From: an uncultured Nitrospiraceae bacterium
GTDB lineage: Bacteria > Nitrospirota > Thermodesulfovibrionia > Thermodesulfovibrionales > Dissulfurispiraceae
DNA length: 64,000 nucleotides
Reading direction: 5' to 3'
NCBI GenBank assembly: GCA_963727805.1
Contig: CAVSHF010000005.1
Location: 64,001-128,000 of the forward strand
Part shown: positions 39,829 to 48,230 of the stretch, piece after piece
Position numbering within the stretch: position 1 is the stretch's first letter
Layout of the letters: each line of letters opens with the position of its first letter
Notes under the pieces: model-generated
What the model saw: the letters and a program-made list of their open reading frames with translations, nothing else
Database searches by the model: none
Told to the model about the DNA's origin: nothing
Program-made: the position numbers and the translations under genes

Positions 39829-40609
39829 TGAGCAGTTTCAGGGCCGCATCGTGAAGCCGCTTATTCCCTGAAGCAAGAAGCGGTGCGCGAGTATTTAACC
39901 CGACGATGGTCTTATCAAGACTCTTTCCTGCGGTGTCGGTAATGATGCCACCCGCCTCCTTTACCATAAGATAGCCTGCGGCAAAATCGAAGCTTCGTGA
40001 TGGCGCTGGCGTCACAAAGACGCTAATGGCACCATAGGCGAGAAGCGCAAGATCGAGGGCTGTAGCCCCGAAACAGCGCGTCCGCCTCCCTTCCGAGAGA
40101 AGCCTCACGATCTTCTGAACGTCCCGCCCTGGGACTTGTGCTTCGTAAGCTATGAGATAGAAAAGGTCATCGGCCTGGCTAAATATGCGATCGCCATTAA
40201 AAAATGCTCCCATCCCCTTCTCTGCCCAGAATTCATCCCCTGTCAGAAGATTGATGACATAGGCAAGGGAAATATCTCCAAACGTCGTTCCGTTGCCCAT
40301 GGCTATCGACGTGCAATAAAAAGGGATACCGTTCACGGCGTTCCTGCTTCCGTCAATCGGATCGATAATAACCTGATACCCGCCACCAAGGACCTCCTTA
40401 AGCCCGTATTCTTCCGATACGATATTAAGCGGCTCTTTGAGGTCCTCAAGGCTGCCAATGATGATGTCCTCGGCTTTCTTGTCAATTCGATAGGTCTTGT
40501 CGCCGCCCGCGCCTCTGCCAATAGTCTCTGATGCGAAGGGCCTCAGCCGTGTCGTTCCCAATTCCGAAAAAAGTAACTTCCCGATATTTCTGAGTTTTTG
40601 AATATTCAT
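39821..40609 (-). CDS. Inositol monophosphatase / bifunctional FBPase family protein
   Basis: GAGGD, SEE, DPIDGS and FDFAAG motifs. Confidence 0.9.
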   Translation of the reverse strand: MNIQKLRNIGKLLFSELGTTRLRPFASETIGRGAGGDKTYRIDKKAEDIIIGSLEDLKEPLNIVSEEYGLKEVLGGGYQVIIDPIDGSRNAVNGIPFYCTSIAMGNGTTFGDISLAYVINLLTGDEFWAEKGMGAFFNGDRIFSQADDLFYLIAYEAQVPGRDVQKIVRLLSEGRRTRCFGATALDLALLAYGAISVFVTPAPSRSFDFAAGYLMVKEAGGIITDTAGKSLDKTIVGLNTRAPLLASGNKRLHDAALKLLNA

Positions 40610-40672
40610 TGCACCTGTTATACCTCGCAATCAAAGCATTGACAATGGTTTATAGTCGATATATTATAATCA

Positions 40673-41752
40673 ATGATGAAAAAAGGCAATTTATCAAAAT
40701 TGATACGCCCGAGCGTCCTAGCACTCAAAGCGTATGAGGCAAGGGAGATTCCCTGCGCGGTAAAACTCGACGCCAACGAGAGCCCATACTCCCCACTACC
40801 GCTGGAGAAGGTCTTTTCGAAAAAAGATATCCTTGGTTCGTTGAACCGGTATCCCGACCCTGAAGCCAAGGCTTTGAAAAAGGCCCTTGCCAAAGACCTT
40901 AAAGTTACCGAAAAGAACATCCTTTTCGGCAACGGTTCCGATGAATTAATTTATTATCTCATCACAACTCTTGGTGGTCCGGTGCTTTTTCCGGTGCCGA
41001 CTTTCATCATGTATGGCGTTATAGCACAGGCCCTCGGTGAAAAGGCGATCTCCATTCCGCTTGACGATGACTTCGATCTAGATATTGACAGGATGCTCGC
41101 CATTATTAAAAAGGATAAGCCCAGGCTCGTATTCCTCAGCTCACCAAATAATCCTACGGGTAACTGCTTTTCGACAGACCGAATAATGAAGATCATCGAG
41201 GCGTCAAAGGGGATAGTCGCGGTGGATGAAGCGTACGCGCCCTTTTCGAGCAGCCGAGGATTCCTGCCGTTGCTCAGGGATTATCCTAATCTCATCATTC
41301 TCCGGACCATGAGCAAGATCGGCTTTGCCTCGCTGCGTGTCGGCTATATGATCGCCGACGAAGGGCTGATTCAGGAGGTCAATAAGGTAAGGCTTCCGTA
41401 TAACCTTAACTCCCTCTCTCAGTCGGTAGCGCTCGAAGGCATAAAGAATAAAAAGATTGTCAATGCCCAGATCAGGATTATTACCAGTGAACGAGACCGG
41501 TTATTCGATGAACTGTCAGCCATCGAGGGTATAAGCCCCTTTCCTTCCGAGGCAAACTTCATACTCGTTAAAGTACCTGATGCGGGTAAGATATCCCAGG
41601 GACTGCTGAAACAAGGTATTCTTGTTAAAAATATGGACAAGATGGTACCCAATGCCATCAGGGTAACCGTCGGCTTGCCTCGCGAAAATACCCTATTTAT
41701 AGGTGCGTTGAAAAAGATCCTGCCAAAAATGATCATCAACCCGGAGATATAA
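40673..41752 (+). CDS. hisC: Histidinol-phosphate aminotransferase
   Basis: LDANESP, NRYPD, GNGSDE, PNNPTG, DEAY and RTMSK motifs. Confidence 0.96.
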   Translation: MMKKGNLSKLIRPSVLALKAYEAREIPCAVKLDANESPYSPLPLEKVFSKKDILGSLNRYPDPEAKALKKALAKDLKVTEKNILFGNGSDELIYYLITTLGGPVLFPVPTFIMYGVIAQALGEKAISIPLDDDFDLDIDRMLAIIKKDKPRLVFLSSPNNPTGNCFSTDRIMKIIEASKGIVAVDEAYAPFSSSRGFLPLLRDYPNLIILRTMSKIGFASLRVGYMIADEGLIQEVNKVRLPYNLNSLSQSVALEGIKNKKIVNAQIRIITSERDRLFDELSAIEGISPFPSEANFILVKVPDAGKISQGLLKQGILVKNMDKMVPNAIRVTVGLPRENTLFIGALKKILPKMIINPEI

Positions 41753-41762
41753 AGGAGGCATC

Positions 41763-42347
41763 ATGCGGACCGCCAAGGTTCAGAGAAAAACAAACGAAAC
41801 AGACATTACCATCCAGATAAATCTCGACGGTAAGGGTGAATATGACATCAACACGTCGATCCCTTTTCTCGACCACATGCTCAATCTCTTTTCTTTCCAT
41901 GGCATGATAGACCTGAAGATCAAGGCCACGGGTGATATCGAAGTGGATTACCATCACCTCATGGAAGACCTCGGGATCACTCTGGGAGAGGTGATCAAAA
42001 AAACCCTGGGCGATAAAAAGGGAATCAGGCGCTACGGTCTCGCCACCATCCCTATGGACGAAAGCCTCGCAACGGTCGTCATCGATATAAGCGGGAGACC
42101 ATATCTGGTGTATAACGTAAAGCCACCAAAAGGCTCGCTCAAGGATTTGGAGATTTCACTCTTCGAAGACTTCTTCAGGGCATTGACGACTCACGCCATG
42201 ATCACGCTCCATGTAAACATGGAATATGGCCGTGACCTGCACCATATTATCGAGGCCATATTCAAGGCTTTTGGTCGGGCACTCAGGGAAGCGGTTACTA
42301 TCGATAAGGGAGCTAAGATTCTTCCTTCGACAAAAGGGAAGCTCTGA
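41763..42347 (+). CDS. hisB: Imidazoleglycerol-phosphate dehydratase
   Basis: RKTNETDI, HHLMED, PMDES, HHIIEA and PSTKG motifs. Confidence 0.97.
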   Translation: MRTAKVQRKTNETDITIQINLDGKGEYDINTSIPFLDHMLNLFSFHGMIDLKIKATGDIEVDYHHLMEDLGITLGEVIKKTLGDKKGIRRYGLATIPMDESLATVVIDISGRPYLVYNVKPPKGSLKDLEISLFEDFFRALTTHAMITLHVNMEYGRDLHHIIEAIFKAFGRALREAVTIDKGAKILPSTKGKL

Positions 42348-42353
42348 TTCAAG

Positions 42354-42398
42354 CAAGAAGCGGCCGGCCACATCACCTGTCCTGCCGCTTCTTGTTTT
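42354..42398. terminator. Hairpin terminator between hisB and thyX
   Basis: CAAGAAGCGGC...GCCGCTTCTTG followed by a T run. Confidence 0.65.
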
Positions 42399-42416
42399 AC
42401 TTCTCTATCTGCTATT

Positions 42417-43157
42417 TCAGTCAGCGTAACTTTCAACTCCTCTGAAAAAATCCCTGACTTCCTTCATCTTTCCGCAAGAATATTTTCCCTCCGGACACTT
42501 TCCTTTCAGACAATCCGGTCCGGCCTTGCAGAATATTGTCGGAGCGATTCTTTTAACGACCTTGAGCATCTCTATCGCCATGGCCCTAATCTCCCACTGT
42601 GCTCTGTTGCAGCACCTCTGTCTGAAGAAGTGGATAAGTTCCCTCGCATTCATCGTCAAGATTATCTTCGTTTCACAAGCATTAGGAAGGATAAACCGGG
42701 CGTCCTGATTGGCCTCTTCATCTTTCAGACCTTGCTCCTTCAGTCTCTTGACCAGGTGGTTGTAAGCCTCCTGGGCCTTACCCATAAACTCCTCGAAATA
42801 GAGCGCAAGCTCATGGTCTTTTTTCATGGAAGGAGGAAGCACATAATCGAAGCCGGATTCCTCGCTCACGTACCTCTGGCTCTGTTGGGAATATGAGGCA
42901 AGTCTGTGTCTCACAAGCTGGTGTGAACACGCACGAGATATTCCCTCTACGGCAAAGGTAAAAGAAGCATGCTCGATGGGCGACATGTGACCCATCTCCA
43001 TAAGCTTTTCAACGAATTTCTTCTGATCCTTTGCAGCTATCTTTTCTTTCAGTGCTTCGATGTGCGAAGGGCTGTAGCAAAGTTTTGCAGCCATAGCAAC
43101 CGTCGCTTCAGGGTCAGGCGTGTGCTTCAGTAAGATAACTTTTAATTTTGATTCCAT
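42417..43157 (-). CDS. thyX: Flavin-dependent thymidylate synthase
   Basis: GHMSPIEH, QLVRHRLASYSQQSQRY and AQWEIR motifs. Confidence 0.97.
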   Translation of the reverse strand: MESKLKVILLKHTPDPEATVAMAAKLCYSPSHIEALKEKIAAKDQKKFVEKLMEMGHMSPIEHASFTFAVEGISRACSHQLVRHRLASYSQQSQRYVSEESGFDYVLPPSMKKDHELALYFEEFMGKAQEAYNHLVKRLKEQGLKDEEANQDARFILPNACETKIILTMNARELIHFFRQRCCNRAQWEIRAMAIEMLKVVKRIAPTIFCKAGPDCLKGKCPEGKYSCGKMKEVRDFFRGVESYAD

Positions 43158-43238
43158 GTGAAAATCCCTCTCGCGTTGTAATGTGTCTCATGCAAATTAT
43201 TCACCTTATTATAAACGCCCTGTTTCATTTGTGATTGG

Positions 43239-44072
43239 TTATCTTTGGCCTTTCATCGTTCGTATCCGGGCAAAATCTTCCTGGTACCCATAGATGTGAG
43301 CCCCGGCAGAGTAAGCATACATATAGCCGGATTTCAATCCTGCCTCCTGGGCGACAAGCTGCTTGAACAGTTCAAGACCGGCGAGATTTGAAGGGAAGCC
43401 AGCCCATAGGTCCCAACTTCTGAAATATACTGTTTCCGTAAGAATGTTCTCAACTGGATTACAAGGTGCATCGTTATCTCCGAACACCCTCCCGCATGAA
43501 CAAACCTTACCGATACCCGCTTTATGCACCCACTGGTGACGAACCGGGATTACTTTGAAGTCGATAAGGCGCAAACAGGGAGGATCCAACTTTTGATCTT
43601 TCCCATAGCACAAATCATGGTCTTGCGGGGATCCAACCTCGATCACCGCCTGATTCGTATAAGGTGATTTTCTAAGCATTGCTACTACCCTGTCGAATTG
43701 TGTGCCGAGTGGAGGTATTCCCATATCGACGTTACCAGGCATGGGGTTATGGATCCTACTCGAGTAGCGGTACGTCTCGTTTTCGGACACTGTTGGGTCC
43801 ATTATGTAATCTGCAAAGTAGCTTTCGACGTATTCCATCGAGGTCGGTGACGGTATCCCAAGCGTAGGAGGAATTATCGGAATCATGTCAAGATTAGGAT
43901 GCTCAATGAATACTGCAATCCCCGGATATTGCAATCGGTATTGCTCATTCTCGAAGGAGCCGGCCTGAATGTTCTGCGTATAACAATTATCAAAAATATT
44001 CCAGATCAATTGAAACCATGCGTCCGAAATGGTCTTGGCATTTATTGATACGATCGGGGCCGAATTATTCAT
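43239..44072 (-). CDS. Thymidylate synthase-fold protein (archaeal-type ThyA-like)
   Basis: DPPCL catalytic Cys, FRSWD, GFPSNL and AHIY motifs. Confidence 0.85.
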   Translation of the reverse strand: MNNSAPIVSINAKTISDAWFQLIWNIFDNCYTQNIQAGSFENEQYRLQYPGIAVFIEHPNLDMIPIIPPTLGIPSPTSMEYVESYFADYIMDPTVSENETYRYSSRIHNPMPGNVDMGIPPLGTQFDRVVAMLRKSPYTNQAVIEVGSPQDHDLCYGKDQKLDPPCLRLIDFKVIPVRHQWVHKAGIGKVCSCGRVFGDNDAPCNPVENILTETVYFRSWDLWAGFPSNLAGLELFKQLVAQEAGLKSGYMYAYSAGAHIYGYQEDFARIRTMKGQR

Positions 44073-44312
44073 GTTATTCCTCCGATAAGTCAGCTAAGGA
44101 AGCGATCACATTCCCTTAGTCTGAGTCAATCTTGAATCACCGCATCACGAGAGTCGACATGGAGCACCCCACTTATGAGACTCGTCTTTGCACCCCTATT
44201 TATCCAGCACTTCTCTCACTCTTCGCAACAGGTCGCTGCGGGCTGGCGGCTTGCTAGGCAAATTAATATTCCCTGTACGCAGAAGATCATCAACACCGCC
44301 CCTTTGAAAAGA

Positions 44313-45023
44313 TCACGGTTTACGGTCCAACACTTCCACTACCGCATCGACCATGAGTTGCACAGCCTTTTCCCCTTTCTCGCGCGAAGCTTTGCCCGGA
44401 TTGCCCCAGACACCCCCCTTCCAATACTTCATTTTGTCTTTCACGATGAAAGGCTTCGGTATCTGGGGATATTCCAGGGGCGCCCTTGCCTTGACCAGAT
44501 CAGGCGCCAAGTAGAGCATGATCGACGTTTCTATCTCTCCGGCGTGGGAATCGTTGGGTGTTTCGGCGAGTTCAGCAAGCTCCTTCCAGAGCAGATCATA
44601 GGGTGAAAAAACAGCGATCTGAATGCTCTTCAGCTCACCAACCAGCAATTCAGCGCTCTCCTTGAGGGCAGACATGTGAAGGCTGCCGCCGTGACCGGAG
44701 ATGAGAAGAAAGTTTCTGAGCCCTTTGCGATATGCGTCTTTGACAAGGTCTGCAGACAACCGTCTGAGCGTTGCCGGGGTAATGCCGATGGTACCCGGAT
44801 GATCTCCCGTTGTTGTACATACACCATAGTAGACAAGGGGGGCCAAAAAGAACTCCCTTGTTTTTGCTGCCTTTTTCAACACCTCCTGTATGATGAGCGC
44901 ATCGGTGTTCAGAGGCAAATGGCTTCCATGCTCTTCGATAGTACCAAAAGGGAAAACGATGGTCTTTGTCTGCTTCAAATACCGTTTGAACGCAGACATA
45001 GTGAGATATTGCATTTCAATCAT
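44313..45023 (-). CDS. Creatininase family protein
   Basis: PFGTIEEHGSHLPLNTD, GHGG and HAGEIETS motifs. Confidence 0.92.
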   Translation of the reverse strand: MIEMQYLTMSAFKRYLKQTKTIVFPFGTIEEHGSHLPLNTDALIIQEVLKKAAKTREFFLAPLVYYGVCTTTGDHPGTIGITPATLRRLSADLVKDAYRKGLRNFLLISGHGGSLHMSALKESAELLVGELKSIQIAVFSPYDLLWKELAELAETPNDSHAGEIETSIMLYLAPDLVKARAPLEYPQIPKPFIVKDKMKYWKGGVWGNPGKASREKGEKAVQLMVDAVVEVLDRKP

Positions 45024-45180
45024 ATTCTTCTCCTCAGATGGTTTCCTCCATTTTACAGGGAGAAGACTATAAATGGAAATATGCGTCATCGAGGTCAAAC
45101 AATAACATTACTTGATAACAAAGCCATCGTTCATTCGCAAAATTTGATATAATGATGGAAAGTGCAATGGTGAATAACTT

Positions 45181-46536
45181 ATGTTAACTTTAGACCATAT
45201 AGTAGAGCGCATCGAAAAGAAGAAAGCTGACTATCAGCACTATAACTTTTCGGACACAGAAAACAGTGCCCTCAAGACATTCTTCGATCTCGCACAGGAA
45301 TTTGACTCGCTTGATGCCTTTTATCTGCTCTCCGTGGCTATCCCGAAAAGCTTCTACGGCCTGAACGCTCGGCTATATATCATCAGTCCTAAGACCAATG
45401 CTCTTTCCCTTGCCGCAACTACCGTTGAAAACGATGTCCCTCTGCATACGCCTCTTCCGGTGCATATGCAACCCGGTGATAACCCGTTCATCACCGGGGA
45501 ATATGTTCTTACTCTGACCATCAGGGGTAAGAGGTCTCTTATAGACCAGCTCCCCTTCAAGACAAGCAGGAATGTCATAGGCTTACTTGAGATTTTCCCC
45601 TTCAAGGACAAGACCGTCAGTGAAGAGTTCTTTTTCGAGAAATATGCCAACCGGGTGGGATATAACGTCCACAACCGCTTTATCGCGCAAAAGAATATCG
45701 AACATCTCAAGTTTATCCGCTCTCTCGTTGCCGATATTGAGCATAACATCATCGTGCCGAATATCATCTACAAGCTCTATCTTAGAAATCTGAAAAATAA
45801 TATTAATAAGAATATCGTCATCGAACAGATTTTGAGGGATTGCCTAAAAGAGATGCGCATTGAAGACCCAGTCATGATTAGCACCCTCTCTGAACTCATG
45901 GACGTAAACCGGGGTCTGGTGGGCGAATACGATAATATAGAAAAGCATTACAAGAACATGAGCCTATTTCTGGAAACACTGCTCAGGAGGAGCCATTTCG
46001 ATCAGGGCAGGCTTACGCTTCGGACCAGACAGTGCAATATCAACAAGGAGATCGTACAGCCCCAGCTTGAGCGCTTTATCGAGAGGTTTCAGGAGATGGA
46101 AATTGAGATCAACGACCGTTTCAGCGGTATCCCCGACGAAGATGTCATCAGCGTCGTGGATATAGGCCTGATGTCTCAGGTCTATGCAAACCTTTTCTCT
46201 AATGCACTTAAATATACTCAGGAAGTAGTGACCTATACAGGGGAGACCAAAAAGTACATGTCATACGGCAGGCAGCTTATCCCTAATTTCTTCGGGGAAG
46301 GTCGGGATGGAATCAAATATAACGTCTTTACCACCGGCCCGCATATACCACCCGGAGAAAAAGAGAAGATATTTGAAGACGAGTACCGCGGCTCAAACGC
46401 GGAGTTGAAACCAGGGACAGGCCATGGACTCTCATTCTTAAAGAACGTTATAGAGATTCACGGCGGAGTGGTGGGCTACGAGGAAACTCATAACGGAAAC
46501 AACTTCTATTTCATCCTACCAAAATCAACGAAGTAG
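45181..46536 (+). CDS. Sensor histidine kinase
   Basis: NLFSNALKY and GTGHGL motifs; atypical H box DIEHNI. Confidence 0.88.
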   Translation: MLTLDHIVERIEKKKADYQHYNFSDTENSALKTFFDLAQEFDSLDAFYLLSVAIPKSFYGLNARLYIISPKTNALSLAATTVENDVPLHTPLPVHMQPGDNPFITGEYVLTLTIRGKRSLIDQLPFKTSRNVIGLLEIFPFKDKTVSEEFFFEKYANRVGYNVHNRFIAQKNIEHLKFIRSLVADIEHNIIVPNIIYKLYLRNLKNNINKNIVIEQILRDCLKEMRIEDPVMISTLSELMDVNRGLVGEYDNIEKHYKNMSLFLETLLRRSHFDQGRLTLRTRQCNINKEIVQPQLERFIERFQEMEIEINDRFSGIPDEDVISVVDIGLMSQVYANLFSNALKYTQEVVTYTGETKKYMSYGRQLIPNFFGEGRDGIKYNVFTTGPHIPPGEKEKIFEDEYRGSNAELKPGTGHGLSFLKNVIEIHGGVVGYEETHNGNNFYFILPKSTK

Positions 46537-46559
46537 CGATAAGGCCACCCTACGTACTG

Positions 46560-47744
46560 CTATTGCCGATGCTTGCGCGCTAACTCATCGAGAGCTGATT
46601 CGAGCTTAGTCGACTCTTCTACAATGATTCGAACATATTGCCACTCGTCGGAAGCGGGATCAAGCGTTTTTTCCAGTTTTCTTGCGAAACCGCCTATCGA
46701 GGTGAGGGGATTTCTTATTTCGTGGACAACAGCCTGAACGGCTTCATTGACCGGAGTGTGCTTTGCGCTAAGCCCGGCAAAAGTGGGCAGTGCAAATTTC
46801 GAATCTGCCTCATTCATCTGGATCATTCTTTCGGAGAGCACGCTTAAGGCCTTATTGGCCTTCTCCATGAGACCTAAAAGGTCCTGCTTTCTGTTCATCT
46901 CGATCTTGAGACTGGCAGCAATTTCCTGCACTTCATCGAAAGTAGACACAAGGATATCGGCCAGAATGTCGTGGTCAAGCTGGTAGGCCGTTTCTGCTTT
47001 GTCGAATAAGGGTTGCCATTCCATCGATTTCTCACAGATAAGCGCGGAAAATTCCCTTGCCATGTTGCAGACAGAAACAAGTTCAGGGGCACCCGATTTT
47101 TTAGGTTCAATGAAGTAATGACTTTGGCAGTCGATTATTGACTGAGGGAATTTCCAGTATCTGAGTGTGGCTTCTCCAATCTGACGGTGATTTATGCCGT
47201 AACGTTCCTCTTCCCAGTGGAGGAGCGGGACAAGCGGCTGCAACTTTATACTATCCACCTCACGATCCTTCTTTATATACAGGTCGAAAAAAATTGGGAG
47301 CCCGATTTCAAGGATAAGTCCCCCCACAAAAGCTTCATCCGGTTTGCAGGTCCCAAGCCTTTCGGCGAAGGATTTAGCCAATAAGGCCTGATATAGGGAA
47401 ATCTTCCAGAATTCCTCGTAATCGAGCGCCCCGACACGACCCATTGGGAAGGTATCCCTCAGTGATAGCGAAAGGGCCATGATTCTCAACCGATTCAGTC
47501 CAACCATCTGGATGGCCTGGCCGATGGTGGTGATAGGACTGCCGGTCCGAAAAAAAGCGCTGTTGGCCAGCCTGAGAAGGCGTATAGCAAGAGAAGGATC
47601 TTTTTCGATCACCGAGGAAAGGTCAGCAACGGAGATGTCATCAATGGAAGCCAGTCTTATGAGCTTCATTGCAATAGGAGACATAGCCGGCAGGGAGTAT
47701 CCGGAGGTTATTTTATCAAGGATTTCAGCCTGTTGTTTCTCCAT
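46560..47744 (-). CDS. HDOD domain protein with a C-terminal HisKA-like domain
   Basis: DPSLAIRLLRLANSA and HEIRNPLTSIGGFA motifs; no HATPase domain. Confidence 0.88.
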   Translation of the reverse strand: MEKQQAEILDKITSGYSLPAMSPIAMKLIRLASIDDISVADLSSVIEKDPSLAIRLLRLANSAFFRTGSPITTIGQAIQMVGLNRLRIMALSLSLRDTFPMGRVGALDYEEFWKISLYQALLAKSFAERLGTCKPDEAFVGGLILEIGLPIFFDLYIKKDREVDSIKLQPLVPLLHWEEERYGINHRQIGEATLRYWKFPQSIIDCQSHYFIEPKKSGAPELVSVCNMAREFSALICEKSMEWQPLFDKAETAYQLDHDILADILVSTFDEVQEIAASLKIEMNRKQDLLGLMEKANKALSVLSERMIQMNEADSKFALPTFAGLSAKHTPVNEAVQAVVHEIRNPLTSIGGFARKLEKTLDPASDEWQYVRIIVEESTKLESALDELARKHRQ

Positions 47745-47774
47745 ACTTCAAATTAACAGAAACGGCAGTCTCTG

Positions 47775-48230
47775 TCAATGTGTACGACTGCCGAAGGCTG
47801 CTGTAAAGAAAAGTAAAGCTATCCCGACTGTCAGAGCTGAGTCAGCAATATTGAAAGCGGGCCAGTGGTATTTCCCGACATATACGTCGAGGAAATCTAT
47901 GACATGCCCGTAAAAAAGCCTGTCGAGCAGATTCCCGGCTGCGCCACCCAGCAGAAGTGAGTACGCGATCCTGTTACTCACATCCTTGACCACAAGAACC
48001 GAAAGTACAATGATTGCAACCATAGAAACAACGATGAAAAAGGTGCTGCCGAGCGCCTTGAACATCCCGAAGGCAGAGCCTGTATTTTCAGTATAGACGA
48101 TATTAAAGAAGGGCAAAACACGGATAATATCAAAGGGGCCAATAAACGTTTTGATATAATACTTGGTCGCATAATCGAGGGCAAGGATGATCAGGGATAG
48201 ACAGAAAAAAGAAACAAGCTTTTTTTTCAT
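47775..48230 (-). CDS. lspA: Lipoprotein signal peptidase
   Basis: NTGSAF, GNLLDR, VIDF and FNIADS motifs; follows ileS. Confidence 0.97.
   Translation of the reverse strand: MKKKLVSFFCLSLIILALDYATKYYIKTFIGPFDIIRVLPFFNIVYTENTGSAFGMFKALGSTFFIVVSMVAIIVLSVLVVKDVSNRIAYSLLLGGAAGNLLDRLFYGHVIDFLDVYVGKYHWPAFNIADSALTVGIALLFFTAAFGSRTH

Noticed and set aside
44196..44275. Possible riboswitch or ncRNA upstream of the thyA-like gene
   Set aside because: No recognisable aptamer; the minus strand reads like a receiver-domain tail (KP...DLLRRVREVLDK*), so it is probably a gene remnant.
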